DNA of 60,064 nucleotides, filler included, from Jimgerdemannia flammicorona (taxonomy: Eukaryota), in the NCBI GenBank assembly GCA_003990765.1. It is 3 parts of 3 records of this genome, joined end to end, with 100 filler letters (N's around TTAATTAATTAA, not from the genome) between each part and the next. Parts side by side here need not be neighbours in the genome. Positions count along the whole stretch, not along the records: positions 20,058 to 40,013 come from RBNJ01001793.1; 2 more parts are not named here. One strand, 5' to 3'. The position numbers were made by a program, and so were the translations under genes. The first letter of the stretch is position 1. Every line of letters begins with the position of its first letter. Below the pieces are notes generated by a model that was given only the letters and a program-made list of their open reading frames with translations, searched no databases and was not told the origin of the DNA. This document shows positions 23,001 to 36,046 of this stretch, in pieces.

Positions 23001-25816
23001 TTAGACCAAGGGCATCACTCCACCTTCAGAGTCCTCCAAACATCAGCCCCCCAACATTCAGCCATCAGAATCCAGTCAATCCTGGTACCCAGTCTATTTA
23101 TCCAGTGTGTATAGACTCTTTTGTCACCCCACCATGTTCTGCCCATATCCCCTAAGGAGCTAAGGTTCTCCACCTCCTCCCACTTATCCAGTCCACCACT
23201 CCTCCCACCCACACTCCTCCCTCCATCAGTTCTATCCAGCTGTGGATTCTGTACCATATTAAAGTCACCTCCCAGAATATTGACACCTTCTGCCAAGAAG
23301 ATACCCTCCTCTAACAGATCCCTAATCCACTCAATCTGCTCACCCCTAACTACAGGGCAGTAGCAGGAGCCAATCCTCACCGATTCCCACCCAGGTAGGT
23401 GTCATTCTCCCCAGACCAAATGGTCCCCCCAGCTCTGAATTCTGCCCAAGTCTCCTCTACCCTTCCTCACCAGAATCACCACTTTGCCATTCCAAGCAGT
23501 AGCCCCTCCCCATTCCTTAGTCCACTCCACCTGATCTTCCTCATCCTCATACCATATATCCTGCAGTAAGAAGAGATCAGCCTCCAATCCCTTAAGCCAA
23601 GTAAAAATGTTCCTACGCTGCCCTGATCCCTATAATCCATTCACATTTAGCAAGAAAATGTTAGTTGTACTGTTCATAGGGAATAATGTTGTTTGTCAAT
23701 TGCCCCCTCTACAACTCCATATTCAGCTCCTCCTGTGCCAAGTCCAAGACACATTCTGCAGTCAGTTCCTTCTCTTCAGTCACTCGCACCTCCAGCCCAG
23801 CCAGAAGTTCCACCATTGCCCTATCCTCCTTTTTCTCAAAGTCCTCCTGGTATTCTAGGCACGCCTCCTGCCAGAGTTGTAACCCATGATACTCTGCCCA
23901 ACAATAGGTAGCCCGCTCACCAGCAACAGTTGCCAACTCAGCCTCCCTCCTCTCATCCACCACATATCCCTCCTTCTCCTTGAGAATCACAAGGATCTCT
24001 GCCTTCAATGCCTCCATCACTCCATCTCCATGCAAAATCTGTGCCCAATGCTCCTCCAGTATCACACACAGATCAACTTCTCCCAATGCTTCAGCTGCAA
24101 GGTTATCTATCACCTTGCTCATCCACAGCAGGTTCCCCACCTCCTTCCCTCCAGGTATCCCTGGCCACCCAGCATCCAGCATTGTAGTATCAGCTCCCAC
24201 ACTGGTAGCCTCATCCCACTCCTCCTCTGGGACATCCACCAGCTCATCCTCACCAACCACCACCACCTGTCCCCCTTTTGCCACATCTGGGATCCCAAAG
24301 TGAACTCGCTGGGCCCCCTACATTGGCACATCCTCCACCTCCCCTCACTTTCCAACTGGGTCCCTCCTGATAAGTGAAGGGAGGGTGCTATCCAAATCCT
24401 CCTCCCAGACCTCAAATGTACCATCAGCATAGGGATCCTTGCTCAGTGCCTCTCCAGCCCCTTCCACATTCGCCACCACCTCCTCTTCTCCTTTGCTAGC
24501 CCAGATGCTGGCTTCGATGCCTCCAGACTCCTCAGCCCCATCCACCTTCTTCTTTGCTCCTTCTTTCATACTCACCAAAAGCTCCCTCTGCCTCCTATGC
24601 CCCTGGGCCCTCTCCCACTGCCTCTTGTTAGTGTGAATATGCTTCCCATCTATAATCTCCAGATGCATCGATTCCTCAAACACTCTCCAGACCTTCACCC
24701 TCCTCTCAACTGCACCACTCAACTCCTCCAGAGCCTCCAGCAAGTCCTCCTCCTCCTCTTCACTTCCTTTTATCCTTGACACCTTACAGACAAAAGCTCC
24801 CCACATTAGCACTGAGGGCCAGTTACTTGTCTTCTCTGTAGCCTCCTTTTCCACCAGCCAAATCCTGACATTGACATCACCCATCCTAAATGTGGTCCTC
24901 TCCTACATCTAGAATCCAATGTCCACCATGTCACCATACTCCCCCATCACCTCCTCCATCCTTTTTCTAGTCTCCATCTTTGTCACTGTTGGCACCCCCC
25001 TCACTAAGAGCTGTACCACTCTGGGGTCTCACCTCAAGCACTGTACCATGGGAACCACCACTTCCCCAACCACCACTCCAGTCTTCAAAGCCTCATCCAG
25101 TGGGCCCACCTCCTCAAAGTCCACCTCAATCCCCTCCAGTCCCTTCAGAAACTTCACCGAAGCTGCCACAGCCACCTGCTTCGAAATGAGCCCCAGGACC
25201 ATCCTCGCCGTCACTGCTAAGCCCCGAAAGCACAAGGTAGCCACGAACTCCGAGATTGACTTCTTGAGCAATAGGGCCACCACCAGCTCCATTATACCAT
25301 CTGCCAGGTCCCCCCTCTGCATTGGGAACCCCTGCCCTATCTGGCCATCAGCTGTCACATCTCTTTTTTTTTCCTGATCCCCCATCACACTCCCATCAGC
25401 AGTCATACCCCCAGCCACAGCCCCTCCAGCCCCTATGCTCTCATCTCTCCCCTGAGGGCCACTCCCTCTCCTGATGCTAGCCTTGCCCTTTCTCTCAGCA
25501 GCACCAGCCCTTGTTCCTGCAGGCCATCCACCCACCTTCACCTTGTTGGCAAAGCTTGAGAGACCCAGCCTTCCATCAGACCCACCAGACCCCAGTCCTC
25601 CTCCTGAGCCTCCACCACCCTTCGACCCTCCAAAAGCCTCCATTCCCAATCCATACCCTCTTCCCACCTGCTGCCAACTGAAAGCCCCAGGTCCACCTAA
25701 CCCAGCACACCCGTCAGAACTCTTGCTTGATGACATTTTTATAGTACCTTTTCTCTAAGTTATGCTGAAAACCATTGCTTGAAGTTTGTGTAATGCGAAT
25801 TGTACAGGAGAAAGGT
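20058..25816 (-). mobile_element. L1/Tx1-like non-LTR retrotransposon, copy 1 (near full length, 3' end cut by contig start)
   Basis: ORF1 runs from 25736 and ORF2 from ~23677. ORF2 has APE motifs (NVNG, LLQD, GGDFN, RIDW), RT motifs (WRLIMLL, DQEKAY, GVPQGDPLSP, FADD) and a C-terminal HWLGEC zinc-finger remnant. Premature stops are present. Confidence 0.92.
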
Positions 25817-28800
25817 TGCCAATCCTTACTCTCTGCCAATCACTTGACCAAAGATCCTGGCTAAGTCTCTGCTGACATTCTACTCTATTATCAATATTGA
25901 ACTCAGCCAGCAGAATACCCCCCAGAAGTAGTCTGTCCCATCGCCATATAGCCAGACCCCACTGCACCTCCCTCTCATTGCCTCTCCAGCATAGGCCTAT
26001 TTGGTGTGCTCTATCTACCACCCCCCACCAGAAGCCCTTGTACCATAGCTGGCAGCTCCCATTCAGACCCACTAGAGAGAGCAAGTCTCCTGAGGACCCT
26101 TGAGGGGAGAATCTCATCTCCCACACCTTCTATATCAGCAGCACCCAACCCCCTCCCTGCAGTTCAACAGCTCTTTTCAACCATCAAGCTCACAGGCAGT
26201 GCAGCCTCTTAGAGAAATCCACAAGATCAAGTTCTCTCCTAACCACCAGTGTTGCAAGAGTATCCCATCTGATCTGAGACCTCCTCTCTGCCCAAATCCA
26301 ATCTCTAGTCAGTTTTGTCAGCCTCTTCACCACCCAAGCTGGGAAGTCTAAGTGATAGATCACATACTATAGCTTGGGAAACCAGTAGACATTCAGAATC
26401 GACACCCACCCTGCCAGGGAGATGTGGCAACCTCCCCAACCTCTAAGAGTCTCCCTCCAAATGGTCACTCTTCTCTCCCACCATACTTATGGCAAGATAG
26501 ATCCATATACAAAAAGGAAGATGCCCAGATACTACACCACCTCTCCTGTAGAGACAATTGTTCCAATGATGTCCCCTCCCACTAGTCCATTCTCTAACAC
26601 CATTGTCTCACACTTATGCCAGTTGAGTTTTGCCCCAGAATGTGCCTCATACCATTCTACTGTCTTCTTAAGTGCCTCAATATCTGCTACTGAGCTAAGT
26701 CCAACTACCATATTATCAGCAAAAGCCCCCACCCTCCACACTACACTATATATAAAGAGCCCTATCACCTTCTAGTAAATCCTATCCACCAAAGGTTCCA
26801 AGGAAAGGGCATAGAGAATAAGAGACAGTAGATCTCTCTGAGGAACTCCTCTTCTCAAGAGAAACACCAGACCCCAGTGACTATTACACATCAGTGCAGC
26901 CCTACTGCCCTCCAACAGATTCAATATAGAAGCTTAAAATCATGAGAGAACACCAATTCTATCCAGCACCTTGCCCAGCCATATCTGCTAAACATGGTCA
27001 TAGGCCTTCTCCTGGTCCAGAAAGACCAGTCTTCCATCCAGTCCACAAGCCTGTGCCCCTTCAATGATGCCATGCACCCAGGCAGTCCCATCTCTGATAA
27101 GCCTGCCTCCAACAAAGCCCTGCTGCTCCTCACCTAGCATCTGTTGGGCAACCTTCTGTAGCCTTGTAACAATCATCTTAGTCACCATCTTCCTATCCAT
27201 ATCTGGAAGCATAATTGGTCTCCAGTTCTTCCAGTCCTCTCTTCTCTCTTTGTCTTTGAACAATAAGACCACCAGCTCTAAGTCCTGCTCATCAACCCAC
27301 TTGCCATTCAGAAGCACATGGTCACAGAGGGCTACCATCTCCCCTAACACTCCAGGGATCTTTGCTATCTTCTTCCAAAAATCCCAAGGTAACCCATCCT
27401 CTCCAGATGCTGTCTCAAGCTTAGTTGCCACAAAGATTCTCTGGATCTCCTCCTCTTGGACTGGTAGGATCAGGTCACTAAGTCTCTTTACTTGTAGTAG
27501 TTCTCACTCCTCCAGTGTGTCTCCAATTGCCTCTTCATCTGCATCCCCTTCCTCCTCACTCCACAGACCCCTCTATCTCTCCTTCAATACCTCCAGGATC
27601 TATTGTATACCATGCACTATTTCTCCCTCTGCATCAAAGACCCCATCCTATTGATGTCATACCCTCTGAGCTTGGAGGAGCCTAGACAAGTATCTAGTAG
27701 GCCACTCTTCCTCCTCAAGCCCCTGCCATCTTAGCCTAGCAGCTATTCCTTTCATGTGAATCTTCTCCTCCTTTTGTAATACCTGTTGTAGCTCCACTAT
27801 CTCCAATTTTGCTCATTCTAACCTTCAATCCTCCACCTCAGCAGAAGAAAGCAAATCAGCCCATTCCATCTGCAATCTCATCAGCTTATTAGAAGCACAC
27901 CAAACTCACTTCCTTCTCTGCCACCCAGCCTCTCTACCAGCTCCTCTCCAATAAACCCTCACAGCCTCCTTCAATCTCATTCAATAAACACCTATAGATA
28001 AACCCTCATATATCCAGATAGTAATCTTCACCTGGATGTTCTCTACCCATGGGTCCTACAACACCTTCTCAGCCAGCAGGGAGGAGTTAAGATACTAATG
28101 TCCAGGTCCATCTCCACTCCCCCCAAACTGCTCCTACCCTAATAGCTTCCAATAATCAGACCATGGGTACTACTCTACCTCCAAAGTCTTCCAAATATCA
28201 ACACCCCAACATTTGGCCATCAGAATCCAGTCAATCCTTATATCCAATCTATTCACCCAATGTATGTAGACCCTCATGTTGCCCCACCATGTTCTGTCCA
28301 TATCCCCTAAGGAGGCTAAGGTTCTCTACCTCCTCCCATGTATCCAGACCACCACTTCTCTCTCCTGCATTTCTCCCTTCATTAGTTCTATCTAACAGCA
28401 GATCCCACACTATATTAAAATCACTACACAGAACATCTACTCCTTCCTCCAAGAGAATACCTTCCTCTAGCAGATTCCTAATCTATGTAATCCTCTCACC
28501 CCTAACTGCAGGGCAGTAGCAGGAGCCAACCCTCACTAATTTCCACCCAGGCTGATGCTATTCTCCCTAGACCAAATGGTCACCCCAGCTCCTAATTCCA
28601 CCCAAATCTTCTCTACTCTTCTTCACCAGAATTGCCACTTTATCAATCCAAGCAATAGCTCCACTCTATTCTCTAGTCTACTCCATCTGATCTTTCTCCC
28701 CCTTATACTGTATATCCTGCAGTAAAAAGAGATCAGCCTCCAATCTCTTAAGCCAAGTAAAAATGTTCTTATACTACTCAGATCCCCATAACCCATTCAC

Positions 28801-30974
28801 ATTCAGAGAGAAAATGTTAGTTGTACTGTTCATAAGGAATAATGTTGATTATCAATTACATCCTCTACAAATCTGCATTCAACTCCTCCTGTGCTAAGTC
28901 TAAGTTATGTTCTGCAGCCAGTTCCTTCTCTTCAGCCTTCTGTGCCTCCAACCCTATCAGAAGTTCAGCCATTGCCCCATCCTCTTTTTCCTTGAAGTCC
29001 TCACAATATTCTAGGTATACTTTCTACCAGAGTTGCAACCCATGATGCTCTGCCCAACAGTTGGCAGCTCTCTCACCAGCAATGACTGCCAGCTCAGCCT
29101 CTCTTGCCTTATCAACCTCATATCCCTCCTTCTTCAGGAAAATTGCAAGTATCTCTGCCTTCAGTGCCTCCACCACCCTATCTTCACACAGAATCTGCAC
29201 CCAGTACTCCTCAGGCATCATATGTGGATCCACTTCCCCCAACTCCTCAGCTGCAAAGTTATCCATCATCTTGCTCATCCACAGCAGGTTCCCCACCTCT
29301 TTCCTTCCTGGCATCCCTGACCTTCTCACATCAAGCATCATGATATCTGCCCCTATACTGCCAGTCTCATCTCACTCCTCCTCTGGGACATTCACCAGCT
29401 CATCCTTGCTAACTGCTACCACCTGTCTACTTTTTATTATATCAGGAACTCCAAAGTGTACCCACTGCACACCTTTCATCAACACATCCTCTGCCACCTG
29501 ACCCCTTACAGCTAGACCCCACTGGATCAGAGGGGGAGTACTATCCAAGGTCAGTTCCCAGACTTCAAATGTGCCATCAACAAATAGGTCCATGCAAGGT
29601 ATCTTCCCAGCCCCCTCTAGGCCCTCCACCACATCTTCTCCTCTCTTACTAGCCCAGACACTTGCCTCTATACCCTCAGACTTCTCAGAGCTCCCAGCCT
29701 TCATCTTCACCCCTCCTTCTATGCTTGTCAGCAGCTCTCTCTATCTTCTACATCCTTGAGCCCTCTCTCACTGCCTCCTGTCAGTGCAAATACATTTTCC
29801 ATCTACAATCTCCAGATGTATCAACTCTACATACAACTTTCAGGCTTTCATCCTCCTCTTGACAGTACTACTCAACTTCTTCAGAGTCTCCAATAAGTCC
29901 TCCTCCTCCTCTTCACTCCCTTTCACCCTCAATATCTTATAGACAAATATCCCCCACATCAATACTGAGGGTCAGTCACTTGTCTTTCCTGTGGCCTCTT
30001 TCCCAGCCAGTTGATTCCTGACATCTATATCACTCATCCTGAAGGTGGTCCCCTCTCATATCTAGAAGCCAATATCCACCATATCACCATACTCTGCCAT
30101 CACCTCCTCCACCCTCTTCCTAGTCTCATTCTTTATCACTGTAGGCACTCCCTTCACTAGTAACTACACCACCCTGGGGTCTCACCTCAAGCACCATACC
30201 ATGGAGACCACTACCTCCCCTACTGTCACTCTAGATCTCAAAGCCTCCTCCAATGAGCCCTCCTCTTCAAAGCCCACCTAAACCCCCTCCAGACCCTTCA
30301 GGAACTTCACTGAGGCCACCCCAGCCACCTGCTTTGAGACAAGCCCCAGGACTATCCTCACCATTACTGCTAAGCCCCAGAAGCACAAAGTAGCTACAAA
30401 CTCTGAGATTGACTTCTTGAGCAACAGTGTCACTACCAGCCCCATCACACCATCCACCAGATCTCCCTTCCACATCAAGAACCCCTGCCCCACCTGGTCA
30501 TTAGCTATCATATCTCTTTTTTTTTTCTGATTCCCCATCACACTTCCATCAACAGTCACTCCCCCAGCCACAGCACCTCTAGCACCTATGCCTACAACTC
30601 CCACCTAAGTACCACTCCTCCACTCGATACTAGCCTTGCCCTTCCCTTCAGCAGCACCAGCCCTAGTTCCAGCCAGCCATCCACTTGCCTTCACCTTATC
30701 CGCAAAGCTGGAGGGGCCAGGCCTTCTCCCAGTTCCACCTGATACCAGTCCTCCTCCAGAGCCTTTGCCACCCTTCAACCCTCCAAAAGCCCCCATCCCC
30801 AGTCCATAACCTCTCCTCACATTCTGCCAACCAAATGCCCTGGGTCCACCTGACCCAGCATGCCCATCAGAACTCTTGCTCAATGATATTTTTATAGTAC
30901 CTTTCCTCTGAGTTGTGTCAAAAAACTGTTGCTTGAAGTTGGTGTAATGTGAATTGTACAGGAGAAAGATGGTG
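25817..30974 (-). mobile_element. Same LINE family, copy 2 (older, interrupted by copy 1)
   Basis: Shares the 5' UTR, ORF1, APE and RT (FADN). Its ORF2 3' region ends abruptly at the 5' end of copy 1. It has more stop codons than copy 1. Confidence 0.9.
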
Positions 30975-31448
30975 TCATCAGCATGTTTCCTATACATCCT
31001 TCATAATTATTTACATAGTTCATTTGTGATACTTAGAGGTAAATATAATAATTATAAAAAGAAAGAACAGAAAAGAGAAGAAAAAAAAAAGAAAAAAAAG
31101 TAAAATAATAATAATTTTTATCCAATTAATCTTTAGAATCAAGAGAAGCAGTCATATCTCATATCATATGAACTTCCTATGCAAACAATAGCCGAGAGTG
31201 GTTTGGATGCTCCATTTTATGTCTGGATCGCTGGTGTAGGCATCCTAACATTTGCACATAGGAAACGCATTGAAGGCGTGTTCCATAATTAAGTCCTTGT
31301 GTCGCGTAACTTAGCTTCTTTTGTCCGTCATAAACTTTGATGGCAGCACCACGATTCTGATATACCAAACAGAAGAGTTCCTTTCGCAGCCAAAAATCAC
31401 ACCTCAGTCATTCAAAAAACAACTCTTTGCTTCTCTCCTTCTATAAAC

Positions 31449-32733
31449 GTGGTCGAGCAATCCAATAGCGGTTTTAGTCTCAAGGACGACATCGCCTCCA
31501 TCTGGAAGGATTCAACTTACCACGATGTGACCATTGTCTGCGCTGATGGTGTCGAGATAGGCGCGTGCCATGCGGTACTCGCTTCAAGGTTTGCCCGATT
31601 TCGATTCTCTTATACAGTTTGTGGCTTTTATGACACTTTCCTCATATTTGATTCCATATGATTTCTTAAAAGATGCTCGGTCTTCAAGGCGATGCTTTAC
31701 GGAAACATGCGAGAGGATTCCTCTCCTCGCGTCATTCTCAACGATATCACCTATACAGTGCTCAACATCGTCCTCGGCTTCATTCACATAGAAGCCATCG
31801 ACAGTACTGTAAAAATTACCATCGCGGTAGGGATATACCACGCGGCAAGCTTTCTCCTCCCGAAGCTCATGAAAAAGGTATATACTGGAACGCGCTGATT
31901 TTGGTGCCACCTCATCGCTTCTCAATGAAGTCGTTGCCGCCATACTCTGGAGCGAAACCAACAAGGACTTCTACGATGTGCTTCTCAACCCCTTCGGTGC
32001 TCACAAGCTCGCCATCGGTGAGCTAACCGACCTCTCCGAAGAGGCGCCCGAGCTACTCCTCAACGAGGCAGTCACTCTTTCCACGCCCGAGCACGACTTG
32101 CTGTGCGTCGTCGACTGGGTCTGGGGACGCAACGAGAACACTCCATCGGCTTCGGAGCGCCATGTTGTTCTGCATGAAATCAACGACATGGTTGCGGGGT
32201 GCGACGGTACAGTCCGGCTAGGAGATGGTACGTCGCGTGCCTTGCTGCTCAAAATGATGAGCCACTTTGACCTCACGCTTGTTTGCCCACATCGACTCAA
32301 GACCCTCGCGGAGGCAGTTGACACGTTTTCGGAGACTACGTGGCGTTTCGCCATAACGTATGCAAAACACTTTATGTCCTACAGGTCATCCGTCCGCAAG
32401 TAGCGGAGAGGCGCGTCATAACATCAAGCTCCAGTGGGGCTTGTTGGAAAGGAGTTCACATATTTTGATAACCACATGTTAGACCGGCCACATTCATGGA
32501 ATTTCCACTCCTACAAAAACAATCGATATTAAATCCAATTTATTTCAAATTGTGGCAAACGTATTGAAAATGGCGATGTCTTAACCTTGCATCTAAACCT
32601 AAATGACCACACCTGTGCCATTTCTATCAATGGAATTAATTACGGGATAGCCTGGAGCAATCTCCCTGTCAAGGTATACCCTGCCGTTTCCTTGTATCAA
32701 CAATGCAAGTATCGGATAAAGGATCATCTATGA
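31449..32733 (+). pseudogene. BTB/POZ-SPRY pseudogene, tandem paralog of 33527-35022
   Basis: Colinear with the downstream gene, but the start is GTG, there are frameshifts near 31880 and 32340, and ~190 nt of SPRY coding sequence is deleted near 32440. Confidence 0.88.
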
Positions 32734-33526
32734 AGTCATGAATAGTTCATTTGCTCTTAGCATAGCAATAGTTATTATTCTATATCAAAGCCTATTTGTA
32801 TCATCTTAACATTTTCATGAGCTACAAATACTTCAATTGTAGCCATTTATATCTGTATTTCATTTTCGCTTAAATAAAACTGGTACAAATAGTTATTGAA
32901 TATGACAATAAAATTTTCTGTTTCATCATCAGTTATAAAGTCTGTATTTGAGATCTATACATTTGATCCAGAATCGGGATCGAAATTCATCGCAGTAAAA
33001 ACTACCAACGCCGGATGCTGGGGCCGAATGCATCTCCAATGGAACATGTGAATGGTCAAAATTTTATTATACTATATTGAAATAATGATCAAGAGCGGAA
33101 CCTCAACTTCGAAATTAGGCACATATACACATTTTCTTTTGCTTCATTGGTATGTTTTCTACGTATCCTTCGTAATTGTTTTGCCAACTTGACAATAACA
33201 AAAAAGAAAAGCAAAGAAGAAAATAATATCCATTTTCATCGAAGCGTTTGTATTTCATATCACGTGAACTTCCTACGAAAACAATGTACATCGGTGCTTA
33301 TGGCTGGGTCCACAATGCACGCCATTTTCATGCGCTGGATCGACGATGTAGGCATTTCGACATTTGCTGCATCGAAGGTGTGTTCAGTTCAATGATTAAA
33401 TCGATGTGTCGCGTATGACCAACCTTGTCATGCTGCGCCACGATTTAGATATAAAAAACAGCCGCAGCCAAAGCCACGCCTTAATTATCCTAAACAAACC
33501 TCTTTATTTCTCTCGCTTTTATAAAC

Positions 33527-35022
33527 ATGGTCGAGCAATCCGATAGCGGTTTTAGTCTCAAGGATGACATTGCCTCCATCTGGAAGGACTCGACCTACCA
33601 CGATGTCACCATCGTCTGCGCTGACGGTGTCGAGGTAGGCGCGTGCCGTGCCGTACTGGCTTCGAGGTTTGTCGATTTTGACTTACACAGTTTGTCGCTT
33701 TTCCAAGACAAATTCCTCATATATTATTTATATAATTTCTTAAAAGATGCCCGGTCTTCAAGGCAATGCTTTACGGAAATATGCGAGAAGGTTCCTCTCA
33801 TCGCGTCATCCTCAACGACATTACCTCCCCCGTGCTCAACATCGTCCTCGGCTTCATTCACACCGAAACCATCGCCAATTCTGTCAATATTTCCGTCGCG
33901 GTAGGAATATATCGCGCAGCAAGTTTTCTCCTCCTCCCGAAGCTCATGAAGATGGTACTGGAACGCGCGCACAACCTCGTTGATTTTGGTGTCGCCTCAT
34001 CGCTTCTTAACGAAGCTGTCGCCGCCATCCCCTGGAGCGAAACCAACAAGGACCTCTATGACGTGCTTCTAAACCCTTACCGTGCTCACAAGCTCGCCAT
34101 CGGCGAGCTAACCGACCTCTCCGAAGAGTCCCTCGAGCTGCTCCTCACCGAGGCAGCCACTCTTTCCACGCCCGAGCACGACCTTTTGCTGTGCGTCGTC
34201 GACTGGGTCTGGGGGCGCAGCGAGAGCGCGCCGCCGGTTTCGGAGCGCCGTTCTGTTCTGCATGACATCAACGATATGGCCGAGGGGTGCGGCGGTACGG
34301 TCCGGCTAGATGGTGCGTCGCGCGCCTTGTTGCTCAAAATGATGAGCCATTTTGACCTCACGCTCGTTTGCCCACATCGACTCAAGACCCTCACGGAGGC
34401 AGTTGACACATTTACGGAAACCTCTCCACACTACATGGCGTTTTGCCATCACGCCTGCAAGAATACCATATGTCCTACAGGTCATCCATCCGCAAGTCGC
34501 GGAGGGGCACGCCACAATGTCAGTCTCCAGTGGGATCGATCGAAAATCGGTTCTCGAGTGGTCGTTTCGGAAGATGGTCAAGTTGTGGAGCTTTCATCGG
34601 GGGTTTCACAGACAGCACGGCTTTCTGTCCCCGGGACGAAGACCCACACTGGTCTATGCGAATGGGACATTGTTGTTGAATCCATTGGATCGTATAACAA
34701 CTGTGGCATCTGTGTGGTTGGACTCGTTGGAGAGGAATTCGTACATTTTGATAATCTCATGTTACACCAGGCACATGCATGGACTTTCGACTCCTGCAAC
34801 AAAGTACAATGTACGGTGGTTGGAAAGAAAATAGTTAAGTATGGCGAACGTATTCGGAATGGTGATATCATAACCTTGCATTTAAACCAAAATGACCATA
34901 CCTGTGCCCTTTCGATCAATGGGATCAATTACGGGACAGCCTGGAGCAATCTCCCTAACAAAGTGTACCCTGCTGTGTCCTTATATCAACTATGCAAGTA
35001 TCGGATAAAGGATCGTCGATAA
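33527..35022 (+). CDS. BTB/POZ + helical (BACK-like) + SPRY/B30.2 protein (471 aa, 2 exons)
   Basis: Exons 33527-33666 and 33747-35022 (GT-AG intron). BTB motif DVTIVCADG...AVLASRCPVFKAMLYGNMRE. SPRY motifs WDIVVE, VVGLV, NGDIITLHLN, ALSINGINYG and VYPAVSL. Confidence 0.9.
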
Positions 35023-35199
35023 AGTTATCTGCTCTTAGCATAGCAATATTTATCATTCTGTATCAAAATATATTTGTATAATCTTAACATTTTTATGAGC
35101 TACAAATACTTTAACTGTAATCATTTATATTTATCTTTTATATTTGTCTTAAATAGCATTAGTACATATAGTGATTGAATGCTAATAATAATTTTTTCT

Positions 35200-35977
35200 A
35201 TAATAAAACTATATGCTGATAGAATTAATATATTGTGGATAATTAATAGTGTTTATCAACTCTAAGTTCTGTGCTCTTGAGAAAGCACTGAGTTCTAATT
35301 TCTTGTTATGGCAGAGTCTAAGTATCACTTTCAGATTCTTATACTGGTAGAAGTACTATGCTTATATTCTAAGTTAATTTGACTTAGAATTATTAACAAG
35401 TTAGATCTGAGAGTTTTGATGATAAGAATATTACTTTATTCTTATATTCAGAGAAAGCAGAGTTGAGGTTTCAATATACTTAGTATAGAGGATATTTATA
35501 TATATTTGAGACTTTGGCTAAATATAGTATACTGAGTATATCTATATATGATTATACTACTTTGGATAACTATAACTACTAGTTAGAATTTTTATAGGAA
35601 TTTTTGTAGAAATTTTTATAGAAATTTCTATTAGAATTTCCAGTGACTTTTATAGATATATAATAATTCATTATATTCTTCTCTTCTTTGCTTGAGTCTA
35701 CTTATTAGACTCAGTACTAAACTCTAGATACTTATCAAACTAAAGAGCAGTATACTAGATTACTTGAAAAATAATTTTTCTCTATTGTTTATTACTTAAA
35801 TTAATAATATTCTTAGAGGATACTCTATAGAGATAGTCAAGAACTTAAGGTTGAGTGCAGAAAAGAATATAGAGTCTTTTGGTAACAATATAGATATAAT
35901 TATTAATGAAAAGATAAGCTCATTATTTGGCAGTACTAAGAGTAGCTTATTGATAGATAAGATATTCTATCTCATAG

Positions 35978-36046
<69 letters not shown>

